Virus record (IMG/VR): IMGVR_UViG_3300043409_000785
Span: 9,647-73,646 of that record
Source: a virus
DNA: 64,000 bases
Strand: one strand, 5' to 3'
Under the pieces are notes generated by a model. It was not told where the DNA came from. It made no database searches and worked only from the letters and a program-made list of their open reading frames with translations. A program made the position numbers and the translations under genes. Positions 27,410 to 39,600 of the stretch are shown here, one piece after another (within the stretch, counting starts at the first letter, position 1; each line of letters starts with the position of its first letter).

Positions 27410-27571
27410 ATGCCGCAAGTCTTGACTGTTCTGGCACTGGTTCTGGTTGCATTTTTCATTGTGACCACAGCCGTCATTGCCGCTGCCCCGTATGTTGCTA
27501 TTGCAGCAATCATTTGGGGTATCGGTTGGAGTATTGGCCAAGAGGCTGATGATCCACCAACCCAGAAGTAA
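27410..27571 (+). CDS. Small membrane protein (53 aa)
   Basis: MPQVLTVLALVLVAFFIV...; hydrophobic; translated by hand. Confidence 0.6.
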   Translation: MPQVLTVLALVLVAFFIVTTAVIAAAPYVAIAAIIWGIGWSIGQEADDPPTQK

Positions 27572-27587
27572 ACACAGCACTTCAATC

Positions 27588-27617
27588 AAACCCACCAGAA
27601 CCTCTGGTGGGTTTTTT
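27588..27617. terminator. Terminator between convergent transcription units
   Basis: aaacccaccaga-acc-tctggtgggttttttt. Confidence 0.85.
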
Positions 27618-27626
27618 ATTTAGAGC

Positions 27627-30600
27627 TTAGTCAAACACAGCATTCACAGTTGGCAGCAGCATTGGTGCATTGAACAACATTCCTGGTCCAATGGAATTGC
27701 CAAGACCACCAGACCATGCTTTAGAGAACAGGTTGTCCGTGATGGGCGTTCCAATGGAACCAAACAGATCGGGCTTGGGCATCATTCCTACCACCAGAGC
27801 ATGCACTGGATTATTACGAATGGTACTTAAGGCAATCTTCACCAGACGAAGCTTGAAGTTATAGAACCAAAGCATACCAACACTTTCCAGATACCCGCGG
27901 CTACGGCCTGGGAGTCTGTCGTAGTTTACAAACTCTTCAGTAATACGTGCCAGAGCTTCTTTGGAAGTCAATCCTTTGCGTTGTGTCAAATCATCATAAA
28001 GGACTGCCTTGGCAATAAAGTCTCCGTAGTTCACTGCTTTTTGCAAGCCTTGGAACAGGGCAGTGTCTTTGGTAACCAGAGCATATCGGCCTGCATTACG
28101 GATGCTGGTAGGCAGTTTGTCCACCAGTGATTCGATGTACTCATGCAGCTTGCCACTGGTCAGTTGAACGTCTTCGCTCGCCACTTCCATATCTGAGATG
28201 GATGAGAACTGGCCAGCTTCAATCAAAGGCCAGATCGACATACGACGATAGCTGTCACGGATAGACTGCAGCTCAGCACTGAGCTTGCGGGTATTGATCA
28301 CATCACCTTCAGCGGCTCTGAGCAAAGCTTCAACCTTAACTTCCCGACGACGAGATTTGGAGTATGAATCTACTTCCAGAGTTTTACGTGGCATTCCTTT
28401 AGCAATACTTAGCAAAGGAACACCCCGGCTAATCAACTGATAGACATTACCAATCAGATTGGAGATTGGAACAATGATCGACTTCATAACAATCAAAGTC
28501 TTGGCACTACCGACCACGTTCTGCAAGATACGTTCACCATTGACCATGTACTGATAGGCTTTGTTTCCAAAGACACTGATCGCCAAGTTCTTAACAGCAG
28601 CCTCAGTCTCAGGTGACCACCGATGATTACCTGTCCAGAAATCGCCAATAGTAGCGCCACGATAACCAAGCATATCATTAGCCAGTTCTTTGCGAACCAT
28701 GAAAGTGCCTTTACCAAACACATCCTCAATGTATTTAATGGTTTCTGGGTTTAATAAACGAACTGCATCAGCCAGCACAGGGTCTTTCTTTTGTTCCTTT
28801 GGATCAAAGACATTGATGTACTCTGCTTTTTTGCTACTGCTATTTTGCAGATCGGTTTTGTACATCTTCTTGGCAGCATCTACCAAGGCTTCATTGAAGA
28901 CTTGAACCTTGGCCTCTTCCACCTGACGACCACGCCATACACCAATCATTTTGGCAAGGTCTGTGCTTTGGCTCAGACGCTCTAGTTGCTTAGGATCAAC
29001 AGCCCGTTCAAAGGCCACAATGACACCATCAGCAGAGCGTACTGGCAGCAAAGGTTCGGTGGTAGCACGTTCATTGCGCAGGTTCTGTGCCAAACGATAA
29101 ACCAGTTTACGATCAGTGATTCGCCCTGCTGTCATCAGCCCATCGGTAAAGCCAGTAGCCAGATCAATACCGCCAGCAGTCTGTCGAGCATTCTGCATCG
29201 TGCCCTGGTTGTAAGCAGCACGACCTGGAACGTTAGCAAAGTAGTAGCTTCTTGGTTCACCGCCCACTAGTGAAGAACCTTTATAGCTTTCCACCTTGGT
29301 ATAACTTTTGCCGATTAGCTTGCTGTATTCAGCGTCAGAAGCTACAACCATAGTGACATTGCCATCCTGGCTGCTTGGGACAAACCCCTTGAAGTAATTC
29401 ATACGAGCTGTCAGTGAAGCATTGGCTTTACGCATCTCTTCAGCACGTTGACCAGTCAAGTAAGCCATCACAAAATCAACACCCTGGGCTTCACTTTGAA
29501 CCAAGGAAGAAAGACTACTGAGGTTCTCGTTGCTCAAACCATCAATGGCGTAAAGCGATACCAGCTTGTCCACAGCTTTGATATAGGCTTCATCTGGTTT
29601 GGTTCGTTTAGCTTGTTGAGGCTCGTCAAACAGGTTAGCCACAGACTCAGCATTGCGAAGCAGATTGTTTCCATAACCCTTACCGTTCATGTAGTCAGCC
29701 AGTTGCCTGGCTTTCTTTTCTACTTGGTTCCAGTGTTGTGGATCAGCAGTTTTAAGCTGGGTTTCCACAGTCCGGATAGCCATAGGCAGAGCAGATGGTT
29801 TGGTGAATAGTTCACGAATCTCAGCATCCTTCATGCTTTCACGAAGCAATGCAATATCGGTTTTGCCCAGACCATGAAACATGGCTGTCATCTCTTCTTT
29901 GGTCACAGTACGGCTGAACTGTTCCAGAATAACTCCCGGCAGATCATCCCGGTAGTGTTGACGATCTTGAGAAACCATAGTCCGAACCAGCTTGTTCTGG
30001 TCATAGATTTCAGCATTGGAATCGGTACGTCCCACAATGTCGGCGATGACTTCACGCAAGGTACGGAAACCATCCACCTTGTTGATAGTAGAAACAATAC
30101 CTTGAGCAACAATCTCAGCGTTATCCTCATTAATGATGGCAGAGGTCAGCTCACCCAACTTGCCCAATGTTTGTGAGAACTTACCGTACTGTGGGTTTTT
30201 CAACGCAGATACAGAAGCTTTGTGAAGTGCTTTTGCACTCTTGTCGATGTAACCTAGCAGTCTGTTGTTGCGTTTGTTCAAGCGGGTTTCTCGCCAGTCT
30301 GCAAAACCTTCTGTCATTCGAGTCAGCAAATCATTGTTCGCCGTACTCATCAAGTGTTCAGTCAAAGCATCAATGGCAGCTTGAACATTAGGCGCATGTT
30401 TGCCTTCACCAGAGAGACGGAGAGAGAGCTTTTCCATCAAGCTGTTACCGGCATTTTCAAAAGCACTGTCCAGACTATCCCAGTCCTTGAGTTTGGTTTT
30501 GGGCAGTTCCAGCTTGGACAGCACACCACGGAACTTCTCGTTGGTGATAGCCAGCCCCATAAATACAGGCAGCAAGGTAGAACGCCCAAGGGCGTCTTTG

Positions 30601-33600
30601 CCCTCGTAGTAGTTACCCATCACAGCGTTGTACTGCTCATTGGCGTAGTACAAAGCCGAACCAGCATCGGTATTGCTTGGGTCAATGAAGTCAGCAACCG
30701 TCAGTGTTTTGGTAGCCAGCGTAAACAGCTCTTGAGCACGAGCCATTGTGTTGGGGTCAATCACAGCCTGGGTAGCCAACGTCTGCACAATGGATGTGAA
30801 TGTAGATTGCTCTATTGGTTCCATTGGGAAGCCATGAGCATTCAAAGTCATGGCAGCTTCAGTAGCTACTTGAATGGCTGTGGTAGTCACTTTGCCCGTC
30901 AACACACCGTCTTTGGTAAGAGGCATCTTTAAGTGGTTAGGGATACGCTTCAAGAAGTTATCCCGAATACCGCGTAGGCGAAGATCATTCTTGGGTGAAG
31001 AATGTGGCAACACCGCAGTAGAAGCAGCTGCCATCGTAGCTGCAATACTAGGCTGATAACGAGCCAGCAAAGCAGTATTAAAGCGAATGTTGGTGAACAT
31101 ATCACCACCGACTTTAGGAGCACGTTTACCCCACACCAGTTCCTTAATGAACTCCAGCACCATCTTGGAAATACGAACCAAAGGATTAGCCGTGGTGTTT
31201 TTCGTCATGCGGATTAGGGCAGGATTTGACTGGGTGTAGGCCATGAACTCATTGAGTGCAGATGCCTGAGCCAATGGATTTTTTCCTTGGTTCAAGTGGA
31301 TCTGGATCACCGAACGAGCATGCAGGTACTGCTGCATCGTTTCAGTGCTCAGAGCAGGAAGCTCTTCACTCAGTTCCATGAACTGACGCATCAGGATTTC
31401 AAGACCCCCCACAGCACCAGCAATATCTGCATTGCCTTTACCCGGCAATGTGCCACTGTAGTGGGCATGGATGATACTGAAGGTAGCGGCATGGACCATC
31501 TCATGCACCAACGTTTCACCGGTGGCATTGGGAAATATGATGATTTTTTGCCCAGTCAGGGTCAGACCCTTTTCCAGATTGTTTAAATGCTCTGCTGCAA
31601 CGCCTAGTTGCTCTGCTTTGGCTCTGATTTGTTCATTGGTTCCAGTGATGAAGGTCCATCCTTCAAGGGCTTTACTGTTCACCAGTTCGTTGTACATCCA
31701 CCGCTGCTCTTGTGGGATGTTCATTTGTGAACCAAGGAAAGAAAGATTCTCTTGGTAGAAGACCTTAGCCCCAGTAGCCATATCGTGGTAACCAGAGTTA
31801 CTAATGGCTTCAGAAATGTCCTGAGTCTTGCTTAGTTGCTTGGTGACCCTCTCACGATGGAACTCTCTGCGCTCGTTTAGAACTTCAATGATTTTTTCAT
31901 CAGACATGCCTTCAACAGAGATGGTTCCTTGATGCTGGTAAGGTGAGCTGAAGCCAGCCATCTGGTCAATACCAGCACTAATGTCTTGCATTGCAAGATG
32001 GCGAATCTCAACCTCAATGGCTGCATTTTTAAGCTTTTCATTGACCTTCACTAGCTCTAAACTGAGATCAGTTCTTAACCAAGACAGCTTTTCCCCATCC
32101 ATTTGATCAACTTTTAAACTCGGACCATAAAATGCTGAAGCAAGCTTCTTAAACAGAATGGGCTTGTCAACTGCAATGCGTATTATCTCTCCATCAGTGT
32201 CTTGCATGAACACACTGTAAGACTCCGACAAGGCTTTCATGGCATTGCCCATCCAGGCATCGAAGATGGCCTTATTAGCCTTCTCGGAATACTCACCCAG
32301 CTTGTCCAATGGCAGGTTGATACCGTCGAACACTGGGAGCGTACCAACAACATCACCATCCCAGTAGAAGTTCATGATCATCTGGCCATCAACCATGCCG
32401 ATGTTCAGAGCAGCAATACCACCAACACCCAGATCTTTTGGTCCACTAGCCATAGCTGGAGTTTTAAACTGCCCATCCAAAGATGAACCAAATGCCTTAA
32501 CGTTTTCCAGTCTATTGGATTGAGAACCGGCAAGGTAGTATTCCATGTTGCCTGTGTCAATCTTAGGCATCATGTACTTCAGCTTTTCCAAAACCTTCTT
32601 TAGCTCATTCTCAGATAGGAAGTCTCCTTCTTGATGGTTAGGGTCTTCCTTTTTCTTTTTGTCTAGGGCTTTAGCAACCTCAGTCTTAAAAGCATCCTCA
32701 AGGAACAGGGTCTGAACCTGGGTGGCTTGGCGAATAAGCTCCATAGAACTCATCAAGCTTGCACCCATAGTTTGACGAATAGCTGTATCCATTGGTTCAA
32801 CAAACAGTGTCTTGACATTGCCAGTCAGTGTAGCTTTAGCATTTTCATCTACAGTGAAGCCAACTGCAGTTTCATGATTCACTGATTCAACTCTTGGGGT
32901 GTAAACATCAGACTGACCCAATGAAGTAATACCAGAATCCCTATCCGTTTTAACGTAGAAGTTGGTTAGTGCTTCCCAAGCGCCAGTGAACTTGTTGAAG
33001 TTCTCTCTTGAACCAAACATGATAGTAGCTTCATCAGCGTTACGATCAGCATACTTAGCTGCAGCTACGTCAGACATCTTGGAGTACAGCTCGTCAGTGA
33101 TGATGCCTACAATCTTGGCAGCAATGCCATACTGACCAGCACCATAGATGGTCACAGTAACTGGACTCTTGGCGGCACCACGTTTGATCTTCAGTTCACC
33201 TTTCTCATTGAAAGTGACATTGCCTTCAAACAGCAGTTCCAGCAGGTTCAACATGTGCTGAACTTGGTTACTGGCTTGCGTATCTCCAGGAGCACTCGTA
33301 GCGTCATACACTGCTTTGCTCTCCTCAATCAATGTAGAGGCAGTATTAGCAACAGTGCCATAGGTATCTACGTCGTCAGCAACAAACTGATCCTGTGCAG
33401 TCCACCCCTCTTTACCGGGGTAGTAGCCAACCTTACGCATCATTTGAAGCTCATGCACTGTGAAGGCTCCAGTGCTATGCAGAATCATGGCACCACCGGG
33501 ACCATTCTGCATACCGTCAGCTTCACCATACAAAGTTGTGGTGAAGTTCTTACGCTCATCCGAGTCCTTGGCTGTATTCAAGTACCTAGCGTACTCAGTC

Positions 33601-36600
33601 AGAGCCTGTAGAGCCAGGTTGTTAAGCTCCAGACCAGCATTATTGAAGCTTTCAATGAAGATGTCTGTAGCGTCAGCTTGGATAGCACCTTGGTCATTCA
33701 CCCACTTCTGCAATACTTCCACAGCAGGTTGCAGTTCAGTGTGCAGTTGCTTCTTGATCTGCTCTCTTACCAAATCGGGCTTGATACGCTCAATCTTCAT
33801 GCCAACAGCCTGGGCGATAGCAATTAGAAAGTTCTTATATGAGGCTTCGTTCTTGTTGTCCAGGTTAATGACTGTTGTATGAGGCGACAACACAGCTCTC
33901 ATCAGTTTATCGCCTTGAGGAGTGTTTCTTCCTTTCTGCTGTAGGCGCTGAACCTTGCTAGGCTGCATTGGGAAATGCACACCAACTTCTTCTGAGGTCT
34001 TACCAACAGCTTCAGCTCTAACATCAACCTGTGAGCGCAAGAAGTCCATACCGAGCATGCCGGAGACGATACCTTGGTTAGTGCCCTCCACAGACTTCAA
34101 GTGGTTTTTATTGAACTTGTTTTGCTTCTCTTCCTTGGACAAACTACCAAAGCCAAACAGCTTAAGCATGTTATCAAAGCCAAGAGCTTCGTACAGCTTG
34201 TACTGGTGAGTGAAGTTGTACGGGGTATTCTGAGTAGCTTCAATAGCTTTCAGTGCTTGCTTCTTGTTCTTGGCTCCAGGATTACGCATCTGTGTTCTGG
34301 CAACACTAGGACGCTCATCCTCCAAATAAACAGTCTGCTCAGGGGTAACCAGCACAGCTTGCTCGATGGCGTCTGGGTAAGACTGTAATGATTTCACATG
34401 TTTACCCACAACAGCTCTCAAGTCAATCAGGATACGATTGTGGGTTTTACGATCAATGGCTGGAAAGCCTTTTTTGTTCAAGACCTGTTTGCCCTTAGCG
34501 TCTAAGATCGGCGTATTCCAATTAAACTCTTGTTTGCTCAGTAAGCTGATTGGGCCTTGCTTAGTGTCAACTGTGATACCAACCATAGTTGCAAGAATCT
34601 CAGCAGCCATGGAGTTAGCAATACCAATTACCTGATCCATCGGGTAATCTTTATTACCCTCCAGTCCCCAGTATTGACGGATTTTGTCACCAAGAGCAGT
34701 AACAGCATCAAGTTCACCTTGACCAATGCTCATCTCAGTAGCCAAACCAGAAGGTACTTCACCCTCTTGAATGCCAAAGATACCAGCCACACTCTTGTTA
34801 GTGAGCCTGCTTGTCACGCCCTCAGAAGTAATCAACCACTGCAATGCAGCGAGCACAGCACCTTCTAGCAGTGTTTCGTTGTAGGTCAACTTGCCATTGT
34901 TATTATTCAGCAGGTTGAATACCTTACCTGTGTCCCAGGTGTTCACAAAACCAGAAGCAGTAATCTGCTCTTGAATAGTCACACCAATGTTCTTGCCGGT
35001 TTCAGGTGCATAGGCTAATCTAGCAGCTAGCTTAGCTTTCACCGCATCAACTACCTGAGCGCCAACACGAGAAACGTACTGTTTGTACAAGTTACCTAAC
35101 TGGTCAGAGTAACCAGCTTTAGGTTTTTTACCCATTGTTTCTGTCATATTCTCGGTAGAGGTTACAGCACTAGAGATAGTTTCCAGTGCTGTATTGACCA
35201 AAGCAATACGGCTAATAGCTGCAGCAGGCAGCTTGTATGCATCCAGGAAGCGATTGGCAGCACCACCAAACAGGTTAGAGAATTTGGGTTCATCACGAAG
35301 ACCCGTAGCCTCACCTGTGTACACGAACGGTGTCACATCGCTAACGTCTTCTTCCTCAATAGGGTCAGCTTCCTCTTCTTGAACCAAGGAAGAAACAACA
35401 GTGGCACTAGGCTCAGCAGTTACAGGCTTGTTCACCAGCTCATATTGCATCTGGTAAGCAATCTTGCCTTTGTACTTGGCGTAGAGGCTAGGTGCCCAAC
35501 CTTCCAGTTTGCTCCACTCTTCTGCTGTGACGCTAGACACCAAGTACGGATCAGTAGTTGCACGAACCTGTGCTTTCTGGCCTGTATAAGTGTTCTTTAC
35601 CGTAAAGACATCGCCCTTCTTTAAACCCTTGAACCCTGCGAGATCATTACGTGTGCTGGCAGTCCGGTCACCAGACAGAATCAAATCCATCGTGCTTTTG
35701 CCTTTAAACTCAGAGCGCATTACGTGAGAGGCATCCTGACCATCACGATAGTTCATTGGAACCACAATGCCAGTGTCAGCACTAGGCTCAGCAACAGCAG
35801 TAGGTGCAACAGCTGCTGGAGTAGAAGTAGCTGGAGGTTCTACTTTCTTCTTTGGTTCAACCGCAGGCACACCATTGAGAACATCTTGGTAGGCAGCATT
35901 TAGCACCTTCATGAAATTGCTCTTGGAGCCGACACCTTCCCAACGAGAACCTTTCACACCAACAGTATGCTCAGAAGCTTTCAGAAATTCCTTACCACCC
36001 CGTTCAGTAATCTGAGTAACCAGTTCAGGGTACTTTTGCAGCTTGGCAATGATCACTGCTTTCATGGTCAGCATATCTGCAGCCAGCTTCTCAGCAGCAG
36101 TACCTGTAGTGGCTTTGTTGGCCAAGTACCAACGCTCAGCGTCTTTGAACTTGGTGGGGACATTTGCCAAACCTGGAACTGAGTCAAGCGTGTATTTGTC
36201 ATAGGTAGGGTTGGTCAACGCCCTGCCAAGCGCATCAGTCGATTTGCTGTAGATGTTGATGCCAACAACTTCAGCAGGCTTGGCAGTAGCTACGCTGCCT
36301 TGTGGAGCTTGCGGTACAGAAGTGCCTGGATCACTTCCAGTCGTTGTTTGGCTGGCAGTTGCTGCAGCTTTTGCAAGGCGTCTTGCTTCCCGATTGGCTT
36401 TTTGTTTTGCGAGTTCGGCTTCGACTTCTTTAAGGGCATTTTGTAAATCCTCTGCGTTGAGTGCTTGTTCAAGTTCCTGCAAGCTGGTGCCAATTTGGCC
36501 CAGCAGCATCTCGGTATCATAGGTTAAGTAGTTACCCTGCCCCAACTTATTGGCGATATATAGTTCCGCACTGCTCTCTTCATTAGGCGCAGTGTACCCA

Positions 36601-39600
36601 TCGTTGACTTGCCGCTCAGAACCAAATCGCATATTGGGCGGCAAAAAGTCATCCAGCCTACCATCTGCGGTGTAGGTTGACAACTTTTGCCCTGGCTTGC
36701 CTTTCAAGAACGTCCTGGTCTTTTTCCAGTCAGGACCAAAGATTTGATTCAAATCCCACTCAGTCATCGAATGCTTAAGAGCATTCCACAAGCTTGCTGG
36801 GTTCTCCCGTACTGCTTTTTTCTCAGCACGAGTCGTTTCACGAATCAGTTTGAGAAGCTGCCTGACTTCTTTCTTTTGTTCTGGTGTAGCTGTTGACAAA
36901 TCAACAGACGAGTCTTCGCCTAACTTATCGAGCAGATTCTCAATGTCTTTTCTGAGATCGTGCAATGGCGCTAGGTCATTAGGGAGGCCATATATGTTGT
37001 GGCTTTCATATACCCCAATGAAATCATTTAGTTTTTCCAAAGTTTTCTTGAAATAGTTTTCATTGAACTTACGATTAGCCTCAATGTCTTCTAGGCTACC
37101 TGTGTTGCTTAGAGACTTCCCAACAATCTCCATATTATGCCGGATGCCACTAAGTACGGGGATGCTTTCAATAAAGTCGGCAGCTTCATTCCATATGGCA
37201 AACTCTAAGGGGGACACTACACCCTCTTCGTTTACAGGAATGCCATCTTGTAGATCGTAAACAAGCCAAGCAGTTGAGTAATCTTCCGCTTCTGGTGAGA
37301 ACTCCACATCAACGTCACCCCGCCTCCAAGTCAACTCTTCGCCATCTACTGGAGTAAACCCCATGTTCTGTAGCTGATCCAACTCTTCTTCTGTTGGCTC
37401 AGTCTTCATAGAAGTCTGGGAATTGATGGCACTTGTGGCCTCATCAACCAGTGCGTTCATTTCTTCCAACGCCGTGGACAGAGCAGTAGCATCAGCTTCA
37501 CTGACAGAACCAGCCATCAATTCATTGATGGCAGTTATCTTTTTATTGGCCCACTCAATTACATTTTTGAGCTTTACGGAATCCTCTGCAGTAGGTTTTT
37601 CAAGAAGAGCTTTAGCTTTGTCCACCCCCACCTGTATATTTTTTAGCAAAGATTTAACAGGTTCCACTGACGTGTTAACTTTTCCTTCATTTTTAGACAC
37701 GTTGGTAATTTCACCGCGAGCAAGTCTTGCGGAAAACGCAACCCCATTTCCATCAACTTTACCTTTACGGAGATCACCGTGGGGGACCATTTCTCCACCA
37801 GCGCCTTCTGAAAAAACAATACCGTTTTTCACTTCAAATTTGAGGCCAGTTTCAGAGTCTTCGTATAAACCATCCGATATCCCGTTTGGTTGATTTTTTG
37901 TAACCACGCCCTCACGTTCTTTTAATTTTTCAGCTGCCTTGGCTGCTTCTGCAGCGTCACTTTCTGCGCGTCCTTCCGGGGATTGGCTACGCTCCAGCTG
38001 TGCTTTACGCGCAGCTAGTATTTCTTTTTCCTGGGCTTTGGCTTCTGCAATGGTAAGGAGGGTACCACTTTCTTTTGCTGCAATCAGCAAGCGAACTGCA
38101 TCAGCGCCCACACCATGCTCTTCTTTAAATTTACGAACAGCAGGGCTATTCGGAAAACGCCGACGACCATCCTCATCGAATAAGTCATCTACGGTTGTAT
38201 TAGTAGTAATCGGCGAGACAGGCTTCACACCAGTCTTGAAAGCTGCCACCACTTCAGCAGCAGGCTTGTCAATCCGGGAATCCAAAGCAACAGCCTTCAG
38301 CTCTTGACCATTCAGCTCAGAGAATGTGTCCTTCAAGTTGTTGTAGGCAGCAGCAATCATCCTGGCATCAGCTGCCACATCCTGCATGAGCTGGACGCTT
38401 GCCTCATTCCAAGGCTTGACCCAAACACCACTCGCACTGTCTTTGAACATGCGATCAGTTTGTCCAAGCGTTGTGTACGGCACAGCCTTCTTCACGTCAC
38501 CACGGCCAGTCAGCAAGTGCTGATTGAATGCGGCCATTTTGTTCTGGATGGTTTCAGCGAACTTCCTGAAGTCTTCCAGCAAGACTCTAGCCCCGGCAAT
38601 GTCGTTGGCTCGGTAGGCTTTGTAGATTTCAGTGGCATGCTGTACAGCTGACAACTGGCCCTTACCCAGATACTCGGCAGACTGGATCTGGTTGCTCACA
38701 ATGTCTTGAGTTTTCAAGCCAAGACGTTCACGGTTAGCAAAGTCTTCCCGTGACATATCGAACAGCCCCTTGGCAATAGCTACACCTTTTTGCTGCTTCT
38801 CCGTGAGCACCAGCTTGCCAGAAGCAGCATGGGCCAACACAGCATTAACCAAAGCAGGATTGGCTTTTGCAGGATCATGCGCAATGGCATTGGCAGCGTT
38901 CTGAGCAGCAAGCTGACCTTCAGGGGTAGCCATGCTTTGCTCTGTCAGGTTAGCACCGGCTTTGGCATTCTCAGCCACCACAAAGGCATCAATCCTGGCC
39001 AGCGTTTTCTTCACGATTGGTTGAGCATTGATCTTTGCTAATGTGTCCTTAATGGCCTTCATGCGAACCACAGCAGGATGATCGTCAGGCAGTTTGCTTA
39101 GCGAAGCAGGCTCACTACGAAGAGCATCTTCCAAATCAAACACATAGTTGTTCAGCTCCAGAGCAGCAGCAAAGTTAACCGTCCCAACATCACCTTCACT
39201 GTTTGCATTGACAAACTGAGCCAGCTTCAGCATGGCTTCAGCTTTGTCTTTGGAACCAGCAACAACATCTACCAAGGGAGTTCCTGCAAAGGCAGCAGCG
39301 TCCTGTTCACCATAGTTTAACGCACCAGTGAGTTTTGCTGCGTAAGCCTGCCCTTCTGTCTTTTCTTCTTGGTTCAAATCTGAAGTATCAATACCTGCTT
39401 GAATGGCAGCAGCAGTTTCTGGCATGGCAGCCTGAGTAGCTGCAACTTCAGCAGCAATCTTGTTTGGAGCCAAAGGAGAAGCAGCTTCATTGCCAGCTTC
39501 AAGCTTGGCAACAGACTCACTCATTGCTGTAGAAGCTTTGCCCCACAGGTATTTGCTGGAATCACTGACAGCATTCTTGACAGCACTGGGACCAGCAATG

